Below, one piece after another: positions 38,464-47,383 of a stretch of 64,000 bases of DNA. Origin of the DNA: Octopus sinensis (lineage: Eukaryota); contig NC_043011.1 in NCBI RefSeq assembly GCF_006345805.1, positions 34,484,464 through 34,548,463 of the forward strand, written 5' to 3'. The notes beneath the pieces are model-generated. The model did no database searches. It had not been told where the DNA came from and saw only the letters and a program-made list of their open reading frames with translations. Position 1 is the first letter of the stretch. Each line of letters starts with the position of its first letter. The position numbers were made by a program, and so were the translations under genes.

Positions 38464-41400
38464 ATATATAATATATATATATATAATATATATATATATA
38501 TACATACATACATATATATATATAAATTGATAGAAATGATAAGACAACAAAAGAATGAAAAAGACTTCGATATTATGTATATAGAGGAATGTATCTGTAA
38601 ATGTAATATGTGACAATTATTCGGTAGCCATGATAAGACTCCAAGTTTCGGATGTCGGGGTGGAAACCCATGCCAGCATCTCTTCAGTTATTGGGCCATC
38701 AAAAAAATGCTATTTTTTCGATGGCCTAATAACTGAAGAGATGCCAGCATGGGCTTCCGCCCCGACATCTGAAACTCAGAGTTTTATCATAGCTACTGAA
38801 TAATTGACACATATTATATATATATATATATATATATAAGTAAGTAAAAGATTAATATCTATTCAATAAACTTTTATTTGTTTATTGTATTTTCCAGCAT
38901 ACCAGCCAGTGTTGTATATGAAGTAAACATGTTGTGTAAATATTCAAACATCGCTATTTTTCTAAATTCTGTTGCATTTCAAATAGAATTTTTGGTCTTC
39001 CAAAGTCCTCTTGATGTATCAAGTCAACCTACCTTGTTTTTTGGCTGTAAATTTTGATCTGAAAAATTCAACTTCTTTACTGGAAAATATGGTATTTCCT
39101 TTTTTTTTTTTTGTTTCTTTAAATTTTTTTTTCATTTCTTCTTCCTTTTTGATTTTTATTTTTCTAGAAGATTCCACGCGCAAGAAATGTCAGTTTGTAG
39201 ATGATGACCATTGCACATTCCTATACAAATATTGGTATGAAGGTACCAAGGTTTCAATTGAAGCCAAAAAAGGGAAATGTAAGTAATTTTTTAGTTTTCC
39301 TCTGTCACTCTCAATATTGCATTTCCTTGTTAGAGAATTACAAATGGTTAAACTGATACTAATTTGTGGAACTGACACAGTAGCAAATGGGCATCCTATC
39401 ACCCCTACATTATATTGTGGCCCATTTAATCCTTTAGCATTTAAACCAGCTATATCCAGCCCAAATATTCTTCCCATCTTAATTTTTAATTGGCCAGATC
39501 CAGCCTTTCATGCCTACTTTACAATCATCATCATCATCATTTAGCATTCTCGTTCCATGCTGGCATAGGTTGGATGGTTTGACATAGAACTGTCCAGACA
39601 CCAACTGACTGTTGTGGCATGGTGTCTATGGCTGGATGCCCTTACTAATGCCAACCACTTAACAGAATAATGCACTGGATGCCTTTTACACGCCACTGGC
39701 ATGGGTGCATTTATGTAGTACGAGCACAGGGGCATTTTAAGTAGCACCATTATCAAAATTGAAAAAATACGAGATAATTTATGATTAATTTATGATTAAT
39801 TTATGATTAATTCAAAACAATTCGAATAGATAAACATTGCAGTTAAGAGAAGTGAAGGCTCATTGCTGAGTGGTTAAAGTGTTCAGCTCATGACTGTAAG
39901 GTTGTGAGTTCTATTCTTATTTCTTTATTGCCCGCAAGGGGCTAAACACAGAGGGGACAAACAAGGACAGACCAAGGGATTAAGTCGATTACATCGACCC
40001 CAATGCATAACTGGTACTTAATTTATCGACCCTGAAAGGATGAAAAGCAAAGTTGACCTTGGCGGAATTTGAACTCAGAACATAACGGCAGACGAAATAC
40101 CGCTAAGCATTTCGCACAGCGTTCTACCATTTCTTGGCAGTTCAATTCTTGGCAACACATTATGTCCTTGAGCAAGACACTTTATTTCACATTGCTCCAG
40201 TCCACTCAGCTGGCAAAAATGAGTTGTCCCTGTATTTCAAAGGGCCAGCCTTGTCACATTTTGTGTCACACTAAATCTCCCTGAGAACTGCATTAAGGGT
40301 ACACATATGTCTGTGGGGTGCTCAGCCACTTGCATGTTAATTTCACGAGCAGGCTGTTCCGTTGATTGGATTAACTGGAACTCTCATTATCGTAACTAAC
40401 AGAGTGCCACTACATTTAACAGACTATTCTGAAAGCTTAAGGGTTAAAAGTTGAGATTGCTGATGGTGTGTAGTGGTTATTTATCACTAGATACATAAAT
40501 CTGTCATTGGCAGAATGATTGGAGCATGAGACAAAATGACTAACAGTATTTCATCTGACTCATTACTTTCTGTAGTTCAGCAGCATCACCTTACTGGCAC
40601 TTGTGCTGGTGGCACGTGAAAAAACATTTGAGCGAGGTCGTTGCCAGTGCCGCTGGACTGGCTCCTGTGCGGGTGGCACATAAAAAACACCATTTGAGTG
40701 TGGCCGTTGCCAGTACTGCCTGACTGGCCCTTGTGCCGGTGGCATATAAAAGCACTCACTACACTCTCAGAGTGGTTGGCATTAGGAAGGGCATCCAGCT
40801 GTAGAAACTCTGCTAGATCAAGATTGGAGCCTGGTGCAGCCATCTGGTTCGCCGGTCCTCAGTCAAATCGTCCAACCCATGCTAGCATGGAACGCGGACA
40901 TTAAACGATGATGATGATTCTACTGATATCAACTTTGCTTTTCATCTATCCAGGCTCTATAAAATAATGTACCAGTCAAGTTGTAGGATGGATGGAATTA
41001 ACTTGCACCCTCCCCTCAAAATAGCTGGCATTGTGCCAAAATTAGAGAGAAGTAATGCTAATAAATCAAATAAAATACTCAAACTTTTCCAGTTGTACAG
41101 GGATCCCACTACAAGTATATCAGCGCAAATTCTTGCTACCAGTTGAGAGATTAAAGGTATAGAGGAACAGAGATAGGTGTCTTGCTGTAGATATATGGAC
41201 ATGCCAGTTAGAAAAGGAAAGGAGAATGAGTTAGAGAACATGGGACCACCTGCGATAGAGTGCATTGGTGGACCTGGTCAGCTCTGTGCATGATGATGTC
41301 TCTGGGGCCAATAACATGGGATGACTCCAAGCCCCGTTAAGCAAGAGCACGAACCAAGTAAGCAAGCAGCACACACACACACACACACACCACACACACT

Positions 41401-43691
41401 CATATTAAATGATAAAATCATGGAAACTTAAATTCAGGGCTTTAAGCTTCTGTGTCACCAGTTTGATGGTGCTGTGTGCACTAAGCCTGCACCAGCTGAA
41501 GACATGCAATAATCATCTAACTGTTGACCTGAAACTTAAGGTCTTGAATGTAAGTCCCCATACTCATATCATTTAATAAATACAGTCCTCTATTCCCAAA
41601 GATATTCAGGCCCATCTCTTTTGTCATTACATGTGGTTTGTTGATACATATACACAGACATGCAGAAAGTAAATAGACACCTTCCATTTTCAAAATCTTA
41701 TATTTGATATTAATTGGTTGAAAGAGAGGTTCTAGCTACTCGTCCATAATACCCAAGCTTATGCAGATATGTAACACACGTTCTTGGACTAAATTCTAGC
41801 TGTTTTGCAATGTCAGAAACCTTCGAATGGGGTTTGTTTTCCACAATTCTCTTCAAACAGTGAAGCTTCCTTTCCGAGGGCCAAGGTCGGCCAGGACGAG
41901 AATCTCTTGATTCTTTTCCTCGGCTCTTGAATTGCACTATAATTCTATTAACAGTAACAAGAGGAATTTGAAGATTTTTGGCATTTTTTGTTGGCTAAGA
42001 CCAGCCTCAGATTGTCCAACAATATAACCTCTTTGAAAATCTGACAGTTGTGCTGAATTTTTTGTGCATGGCATGGTTACTCTTCGTAAATGTTTAATAT
42101 AATGTCACCTGGAATGAAAAAGAATAATTACGTTGTAAATTCTACACTGCTGTAAACATATTAAGACACTTAGATCAGAAATTTTGAAAATTAAAGATGT
42201 CTATTTACTTCCTGCATGTCTGTGTGCATATATATATATATATATCTTGACAGTAGATTGTTTTGTTTTGCTATGTCTAACAGTATTTTCCCTATTTCTA
42301 ATTATTGACAGCTTGCCCAATTCCTGATTATGTGGTGCCATTAGCTGTGGTAATTGGCATAATATTGTTGGGTATCATTGCTCTTTTGATTTTCAAATGT
42401 GTCACAACAATCTATGATCGTCGTGAATATGCACAATTTTTGTTATCTAAAGAAGATGCCAGGTGGAGTCCTGTAAGTTCAATATACCTTATACAGTTTT
42501 TATAGTACTTTTAATTCATCTTTTTAATTGTAATTATATTTTATCATCCACGGAGTGGAAAAGAATGAGGTCTTTGCTTATTCTTTGTTTTATTTTATTG
42601 GTTTCAACCGGAGGCTGTGGCCATGCTGGTGCACTACCATTAGCATTAATGCTTGTTTATTTCCCAGCCCTGTCACCAGAATTGGCCTTGGAGAAGTAGT
42701 GAGTGGGATAAAGCTGTCCTTCTTTGTGTTTCTTGCCATGAGATGTGGGTTCATCTGGTCTAAAAATTTGTCTAAATGTTTTGAGCACATCCACATCTAC
42801 CTCTTTTTGATCTCTGAGAGACTGAAAGATTATGGGCCTTTTTAACCCTAAGTTGTTACAGTATTGGGTCCTTACTCTGGACAGAAGAGGCAGAGTCTTT
42901 TGTACTATGCAGTGGCATCCAGTCCAGTGACTGCTATAGCTTTCAAAATCTAATGAGGATAGTAAAATAAACTAGCTGGAATTTTTTCTACACTAACAGA
43001 GGTTAGACAGCATTATTAACCGGTAAAATTGGATATGGTACCCACTAGTATTGTGTATCCCCATGATTGTATATCCCTACCAATCTAATTTGGAAATTTA
43101 CCTTTATATATAAACATGTATATATATATATATATATACTTCTGTCACAACCTGGGACCTTGAAGACTGCTTTAATGCAAGAAAGTATATTAGTCCCTTA
43201 ATATTTGATATTCAATATTTCATCTATTCGATAAGACAATGAATACTTCATTTCATTTTACTATATATATTATTTATACTATATATTCTATATTCTACAT
43301 TAATATTATAAAGAATATAAATAAAACATAAAAAACAGACAGAGTTGGAATTCCTTTGAATAATATATATCCCTCTATACACAATCATACAAACCCCTTA
43401 TATATATATATATATATATATATAAAGTACAGTAAGTATGTGATGCTCATATAATAATAAAACAGTAACTACATCATGTATATAATTATTATACAGTATA
43501 TTTTGTCGTATATATAAATATAAATTTGTGTGTATGTCTAGAAAAAACGCTACAACAATTATATATTGTATATATGATAATAATGAAATCTCTATTTCTG
43601 TCTGTTACAGCGAGAAAATCCAATTTACAAAGTTCCGAAGTCAACATATATGAATCCATTATACGGGGGTAAAAAATCATACCCAGAATAG
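8805..43691 (+). CDS. ITGB: Integrin beta subunit (beta-PS/beta1-like family), 3' part, 12 coding exons; 5' exons lie outside the window
   Basis: Twelve exons with canonical AG/GT ends and matching phases sum to 1449 nt (482 aa + TAG). The translation shows the DYPS..NVIFAV..DSAN betaI end, CECNC hybrid end, four Cys-rich I-EGF repeats, beta-tail, TM helix, and DRRE, NPIY and NPLY tail motifs. Symbol is family-level only; orthology is not resolved. Confidence 0.96.
9223..9689 (+). mobile_element. Helitron Rep/Hel PIF1-like helicase C-terminal fragment (pseudogenic)
   Basis: [30 protein letters not shown]...LPRIPL...[24 protein letters not shown], then frameshifted QLYV/SRV and ENIIYEEVL*; intronless, inside an intron. 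Confidence 0.88.
9793..10258. mobile_element. Tc1/mariner-superfamily (pogo/Tc2-like) MITE
   Basis: TA|ctgtaaatcttcaagtata ... tatactcgaggatttacgg|TA; imperfect TIRs and TA target duplication. Confidence 0.65.
10412..10705 (-). mobile_element. Repeat family 3: (GAT)n-tailed retroelement 3' end with internal tandem subrepeats
   Basis: Repeated tttt(a)cgtgccacc(g)gcac units and a ctggatgcccttcctaacgccaaccac core. Other copies at 13970-14180, 36175-36570 and 39530-39720 (same sense), and 16840-17410 and 40575-40918 (opposite sense). Confidence 0.7.
11677..11833. repeat. Palindrome with 73-bp arms (11-nt loop) embedded in (TA)n
   Basis: Arms 11677-11749 and 11761-11833 differ at 2 positions; long (TA)n on both sides. 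Confidence 0.9.
13020..13660 (-). mobile_element. RLE-type (R4/Dong-like) non-LTR retrotransposon C-terminal fragment, interrupted by a SINE at ~13307-13505
   Basis: Minus strand [51 protein letters not shown] resembles a PD..D/ExK restriction-like endonuclease tail. Confidence 0.65.
14528..14604 (+). CDS. Integrin beta exon B (hybrid domain)
   Basis: tctgcag|GCA...AAC AG|gtaaga; [25 protein letters not shown]; phase 0/2. Confidence 0.9.
15190..18330 (+). mobile_element. Chain of tRNA-derived SINE family 2 copies separated by (TTA)n/(TCA)n
   Basis: Repeated unit aaggtggcgagctggcagaa...gagttcaaattc...tttgcctttcatcctttcggggtcgataaa...agtaccag. Many further copies at 12628-12845, 14280-14480, 21878-22980, 55820-56160 and 63398-63600, with minus copies at 25950-26170, 39920-40130 and 48170-48405. 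Confidence 0.85.
18412..18463 (+). CDS. Integrin beta exon C (52-nt hybrid-domain exon)
   Basis: ctttcag|T GAT...AAG|gtaggt; (S)[17 protein letters not shown]; phase 2/0 fits both neighbours. Confidence 0.88.
18496..19250 (-). mobile_element. Hammerhead-bearing, terminally redundant, fold-back non-coding element (Penelope-mobilised or retrozyme-like) in (TA)n
   Basis: Direct repeat at 18521 and 19024 (period 503 bp), hammerhead at 18673-18749, perfect 142-bp inverted arms 18919-19060 and 19089-19230, TA tracts on both sides, no ORF. Confidence 0.75.
18673..18749 (-). ncRNA. Type I hammerhead ribozyme motif, core intact
   Basis: Minus strand reads GTTCGG CTGAGGA GCTA[38 nt]TAGC GAAAC AATT GTC CTGAAC. 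Stem I is 6 bp, the core is CUGANGA and GAAA, stem II is closed by G-C, stem III is the palindrome ACAATTGT, and the cleavage triplet is GUC. Confidence 0.82.
19252..20536 (-). mobile_element. pogo-family DNA transposon relic with a Brinker-type DNA-binding domain fragment
   Basis: TIRs ccgtaaaaacccatgtaattt / aaattacatgggtttttacag. The minus strand from 19893 reads [14 protein letters not shown], then after a frameshift [30 protein letters not shown] (BrkDBD-like). Confidence 0.7.
21878..22980 (+). mobile_element. Second tandem chain of SINE family 2 with long (TTA)n spacers
   Basis: Four same-orientation copies separated by TAA microsatellites. Confidence 0.8.
23040..23230. repeat. Degenerate short-period tandem repeat (tgcagttt/tgcaatg-like)
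   Basis: Visible periodic TGCA motifs. Confidence 0.65.
23705..24988 (-). mobile_element. Full-length degenerate mariner transposon
   Basis: TA|ttgggtcatcccataaataatg ... cattatttatgggatgacccaa|TA. The transposase from 24807 ([35 protein letters not shown]) has multiple stops and frameshifts. Confidence 0.92.
25146..25298 (+). CDS. Integrin beta exon D (hybrid domain end)
   Basis: ttgcag|GTT...AAG|gtatgt; [51 protein letters not shown]. Confidence 0.95.
25598..25809. mobile_element. piggyBac-type MITE with TTAA target duplication, inserted in a SINE
   Basis: TTAA|ccctttagcgttcaaa ... tttaaacactaaaggg|TTAA. Host SINE copies at ~30805 and ~40290 show a single TTAA. A related, SINE-interrupted copy lies at ~39427-40443. 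Confidence 0.75.
27138..27451 (+). mobile_element. R4/Dong-like non-LTR retrotransposon 3' end inserted in (AAT)n
   Basis: [32 protein letters not shown]...[20 protein letters not shown] plus a short 3' UTR, flanked on both sides by (AAT)n. Confidence 0.8.
27518..27651 (+). CDS. Integrin beta exon E (I-EGF1 into I-EGF2)
   Basis: atgcag|GAT...AAG AA|gttagt; [44 protein letters not shown]; phase 0/2. Confidence 0.92.
27731..28542. mobile_element. hAT-type MITE with a nested SINE
   Basis: TIRs cagtggttcccaac / gctgagaaccactg; 8-bp flanks ctttcaaa and ctttaaaa; related tandem copies at ~3915-4815. Confidence 0.7.
31036..31193 (+). CDS. Integrin beta exon F (I-EGF2/3)
   Basis: tttcag|C CCG...GGA G|gtaagc; (N)[52 protein letters not shown]; phase 2/1. 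Confidence 0.95.
31960..32260. repeat. Degenerate ~36-bp minisatellite
   Basis: Recurring gttttgactat..tgttg(a/t)aggctgttgtga units. Confidence 0.6.
32566..32675 (+). CDS. Integrin beta exon G (I-EGF3/4)
   Basis: ttgtag|GA AGT...GGG|gtgagt; (G)[36 protein letters not shown]; phase 1/0. Confidence 0.95.
33787..34320. mobile_element. Head-to-head pair of a tRNA-headed SINE with a hammerhead-like tail
   Basis: Arms meet at a 12-nt loop (34080-34091). Each arm has a tRNA-like head (gtggttaagagcac...gattcc), an (AAT)n spacer, then GACAC CTGATGA AGGCTG...CAG. Both cores are damaged. Confidence 0.7.
34604..34696 (+). CDS. Integrin beta exon H (I-EGF4)
   Basis: ttccag|TTT...CCT|gtaagt; [31 protein letters not shown]; this frame is absent from the ORF track. 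Confidence 0.95.
34807..35260. mobile_element. Fold-back element with hammerhead-like motif, bounded by (TA)n
   Basis: Inverted arms ~34955-35090 and 35116-35251, 25-nt loop; the left side extends ~135 nt further to a TA tract. Confidence 0.8.
35125..35176 (+). ncRNA. Minimal type I hammerhead-like motif
   Basis: GTCT CTGATGA A GGGATATT attaatt AATATCCT A GAAAC AGCT GTA AGAC; palindromic stem III ACAGCTGT; one unpaired A on each side of stem II. Confidence 0.65.
35700..36015 (-). mobile_element. RLE-type non-LTR retrotransposon C-terminal fragment
   Basis: [56 protein letters not shown]. Confidence 0.7.
36779..36911 (+). CDS. Integrin beta exon I (beta-tail domain)
   Basis: ttacag|ACT...TCT G|gtaaga; [44 protein letters not shown]; phase 0/1. 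Confidence 0.95.
37060..37600 (-). mobile_element. CR1-clade LINE 3' fragment
   Basis: [66 protein letters not shown], the typical CR1 C-terminus. Confidence 0.8.
37760..37878. mobile_element. Small MITE-like element with ~40-bp TIRs between microsatellites
   Basis: tagcctgaggaaaaagttcatgtgccgtgttaaaataatg / cattattctaacatggcacatgaactttttcctcaaccta. Confidence 0.6.
37959..38351. mobile_element. Fold-back element containing the 3' half of a hammerhead (GAAAC ATAT GTC), bounded by (TA)n
   Basis: Arms ~37959-38075 and 38101-38205, 25-nt loop, 12-bp tandem duplication in the left arm; the right side extends ~145 nt to a TA tract. Confidence 0.75.
38633..38691 (-). ncRNA. Type I hammerhead-like motif (left arm of fold-back)
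   Basis: Minus strand ATAA CTGAAGA GATG...CATC C GAAAC TTGGA GTC TTAT. Confidence 0.6.
38729..38787 (+). ncRNA. Type I hammerhead-like motif (right arm of fold-back)
   Basis: ATAA CTGAAGA GATG...CATC T GAAAC TCAGA GTT TTAT. Confidence 0.55.
39168..39278 (+). CDS. Integrin beta exon J (beta-tail domain)
   Basis: long polypyrimidine tract, ttctag|AA GAT...AAA T|gtaagt; (E)[36 protein letters not shown]; phase 1/1. Confidence 0.93.
41653..42224 (-). mobile_element. Internally deleted Tc1 transposon (N-terminal HTH region only)
   Basis: TIRs cacagacatgcagaaagtaaatagaca / tgtctatttacttcctgcatgtctgtg. The minus strand from 42074 reads [60 protein letters not shown]. Confidence 0.82.
42312..42472 (+). 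CDS. Integrin beta exon K (TM helix and membrane-proximal tail)
   Basis: tgacag|CT TGC...CCT|gtaagt; (S)[53 protein letters not shown]. Confidence 0.96.
43611..43691 (+). CDS. Integrin beta terminal coding exon (two NPxY motifs, stop)
   Basis: ttacag|CGA GAA AAT CCA ATT TAC...GAA TAG; [26 protein letters not shown]. Confidence 0.96.
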   Translation, partial: RENPIYKVPKSTYMNPLYGGKKSYPE

Positions 43692-43863
43692 CAATATTTC
43701 CTGCTCTTCCATGTGATGGTGTCGTACCTCCCTACACTTGTAATTCTGCTTTCAACGTTCAGCAGGAATGGAAAATATAATTTTGTGATGGAGAGATTTG
43801 ACACATGTAATTTATAATCACTTCTAATCATCTGATTATACAACTTTCATTGCTTCCAATGGT

Positions 43864-43864
<1 letters not shown>

Positions 43865-43909
<45 letters not shown>

Positions 43910-43913
43910 GTGT

Positions 43914-43960
<47 letters not shown>

Positions 43961-43985
43961 AATATATACATATGCATATATATAT

Positions 43986-44042
<57 letters not shown>

Positions 44043-44043
44043 A

Positions 44044-44135
<92 letters not shown>

Positions 44136-44260
44136 CACATTCACACACACATGTGTATATGTATATATATTATACACATACATACACATATAGGAACACA
44201 CTCACATACTTGTGTGTATGTAAAAATATATACATATATGTATGTATATGTGCATGTATG
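43865..44260. repeat. (TA)n/(CA)n microsatellite block in the probable 3' UTR; similar block at 45485-46000
   Basis: Direct reading. Confidence 0.95.
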
Positions 44261-45095
44261 TGTAATCATTCAACTACGGTAGTAGTTGAATAATATTCTT
44301 AAGGCCACAATTTACTCACACACATCATATTTCACAGCTTGTTGCTAATTCAATTCTTAACCAAATGGAAAACTGTGAGCATTTTTGAAGTGAACATTTT
44401 TGAAGAGGACTAGTCCCTAGCTATATTTTGGCCTTAATAAGTTGAGATTTGGTTGGGTAGAAAATTTGTAGCAATGTTATTGGAGAGTAAGTTACGCTAC
44501 CAATCAAGTTTAGATGTAAATAGCTTTTTTTATTTTAAAAGCAAAATATATTTATCTTAGCTTCAATGATAGAAGAAAGTATGAAGAATTTCATAGTTTT
44601 GATCCCATGCAACAAAATTTGTATCAAAAAATTTGTGAGGTAAAATATCATGAAAAAAAATATAAGTAAGGCAAAAAATTGGATTTAAGCATAATTAACT
44701 TTTTTATTTTAAAAACAAGCTATATTTTAATTAAGCTTAAATGATAGAGAGCTCAATTCATGGAATTTCATGGTATCAATCTCATGCAATGAAGTTTTAA
44801 AAGAAAGAAGCTATGAGTGTTTGTTTCTCAAATTTGCGAATGGTAATTTAGTTCTAGGGACTTTTAATATATGTCACCGGCATCATTGAGGTAAGGAAAA
44901 AATTATCAACGACACCGCTAATTGACACATTTGATACACTATTAATTAGCATAATAGCATAGACTGGGAAAACATGGATTTAATTATACTTAAATCCAAT
45001 CTTAAGAATATTATTTCTCTTGCTTGCATTTTTCCATGTAATATACATATGTACATCTATCTATCTATCTATCTATTTCTCTCTCTCTCTCTCCC

Positions 45096-45129
<34 letters not shown>

Positions 45130-45130
45130 G

Positions 45131-45190
<60 letters not shown>

Positions 45191-45490
45191 GAAAAACAGT
45201 AATGGAGAGAAAGAAGAAATGAATAAAGTAAAAGAAATGAAAAAATACAAGCACAAATAAAATGAACAATAGATAATTTTGGAACTATTTTTAGATATAA
45301 TCATATAATCCAATGGAACATGATGTGGGTGAAGAAACTTGTTGAACAATCTCTGCATATTATTGCTGCATGAGTATGGACCAATATCTTGTACCACTTT
45401 TTCCTTATACTTATCTCATGATGTTTGAATGTCCACATGAATACTTACAGACATGCAAACATACCTACACGCACACACATGAAGATATAT

Positions 45491-45522
<32 letters not shown>

Positions 45523-45527
45523 ATATA

Positions 45528-45607
<80 letters not shown>

Positions 45608-45610
45608 AAT

Positions 45611-45672
<62 letters not shown>

Positions 45673-45919
45673 TATGAATATATATAATGTCGTAGAATTG
45701 ATGCAAGGCATACAATGAACTTGTTGTGTATGTATATATATTTGTGTATGCATGTATGCTTAATGTGCAATAGTTATATACATATACAGACATGAATTTA
45801 TATGTATTAATTGAATATATGTTTGTGTGTGTGTATATGTATATGTATGTATGTATGTATGTATATATGTGTGTGTGTATACATATATATATATACATAC
45901 ATATACATATATATATGTG

Positions 45920-46003
<84 letters not shown>

Positions 46004-46060
46004 TAGTAACAAACAAAAAGAAAAGCTAGTTGTAAAAGCTAGATGATCGCAGTAGTTGTA

Positions 46061-46200
46061 CTAACAAGTAATGTTCATAGTGACTTCGACATGGCTGTTC
46101 TGTTTGAACTGTCTTTAATCCTCTTGGGGTTAAAAAAATCGCGGTAAAGTCCATTTGAACAGAACAGCCATGTTAAAGTGGCTACGATCATTACTTGCTA
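46061..46200. repeat. Imperfect inverted repeat (~47-bp arms)
   Basis: taacaagtaatgttcatagtgacttcgacatggctgttctgtttgaa / tttgaacagaacagccatgttaaagtggctacgatcattacttgcta. Confidence 0.6.
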
Positions 46201-46374
46201 TATATTGTACATATAACCATAATCATACATGTAATAATTATGAGTTGGTCTATGTATACACATAGACTTCTATATTTTTAAACATCACTCAATATTGAAG
46301 GTTTGTGTTTTTCTTTTGTTAACATGTTTTTAAACTTAAGTGGAAAATGATGTTTCATCTCAACAGATATCTGT

Positions 46375-46406
46375 AATAAATCCATTATAATTTTTGTTTT
46401 TGTTGT
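46375..46406 (+). terminator. Candidate polyadenylation signal of the integrin gene
   Basis: AATAAA at 46375-46380 followed by a T/GT-rich tract (tttttgtttttgttgt). Other AATAAA hexamers occur between 45.2 and 46.8 kb, so the choice is uncertain. Confidence 0.3.
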
Positions 46407-47348
46407 AATACAAAGAACCCATAAGTACCCAGTATGTATTACATATGTTAATTTATTAAAGGTAGAAATAAATTATGTATGTAGACTTATATGAGAGAAA
46501 TGAGAATATATATCCTTGGACCATTATACAGTCGACTGTACAAAAAATTCCAAGGGGACCAATTAGCAAGGGACATTAAAGTGCTGAATAGAATACCTCA
46601 TGATATTTGTTTTGACTCTCTCCATCCCGAGTTCCAATCCTAGCACGGTCTATCTTACCCTTTCATCTTATGGCAGAACTGTTAGTGGATCAGGCAAGAT
46701 GTCTTGTAAATCTCTTCCAATTCTTTACATTCTAACAACAATGCCTGTCATGAGACATATGGCGAGTTACATCAACCTAAGTTAGTGCTTTTTCTCTTGA
46801 ATAAACATCATTGGTATGGAGAGAGAAGAGACTTATCTCCATGGACAATTGTCTGCTAGTCTTACAAGCAGGCCTGCACACACATATACAGATGTAAAGA
46901 GAAAAGATAGAAGAGAGAGAGAGAGAAAACACGTCCGCCCTTTTAAACGTTCGTGCAGGAAAAGAAAGATGGTCACGTGAGGAACAGAAAGCTGGTCACG
47001 TGTGAGCAGCGTGAGAGGACCCTCCATGTTTGTTTTCGTTCGGTTTCTTGTATGTCTCCATTGTCATTTTTTGTTCCCAACTTTAACGCTACATAAACCG
47101 GTGTTGGTTTGTTTACACGTTTACATACCCATACATTAGTAGTTCGGTAAAGAGAAACCAAAAGTGTAATTTCTATGCTTTAAAAAAATTAAGCACTGGG
47201 GTCATTTTGTTTGATTAAATACTTCAAGACGGTGCCCCAGCATGGCCGCAGTCAATGACTCAAACAAGTAAAAAATAAAAGATATATATATATATATGGA
47301 GAAACAAGTCATGGCAAAAAATGCTAAAATGATTTTTAAAAAACATTT

Positions 47349-47383
47349 CAGTACCAGTTTCAGTCATTGAGACTTTTCAACTG
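47349..47383 (-). ncRNA. Minimal hammerhead-like motif with U3-A8 core variant
   Basis: Minus strand CAG TTGAAAA GTC tcaat GAC T GAAAC TG GTA CTG; sits near a (TA)n tract; stem I is only 3 bp. Confidence 0.4.

Larger units (their letters stand above)
38524..38820. mobile_element. Fold-back element with a hammerhead-like motif in each arm, bounded by (TA)n
   Basis: Arms ~38604-38708 and 38712-38816, ~3-nt loop; the left side extends ~80 nt to a TA tract. Confidence 0.78.

Noticed and set aside
43847-46046. Many ORFs rich in YI/IY, HT or CV (also at 6901, 20413-20777, 38353, 56192)
   Set aside because: They are translations of (TA)n/(CA)n microsatellites.
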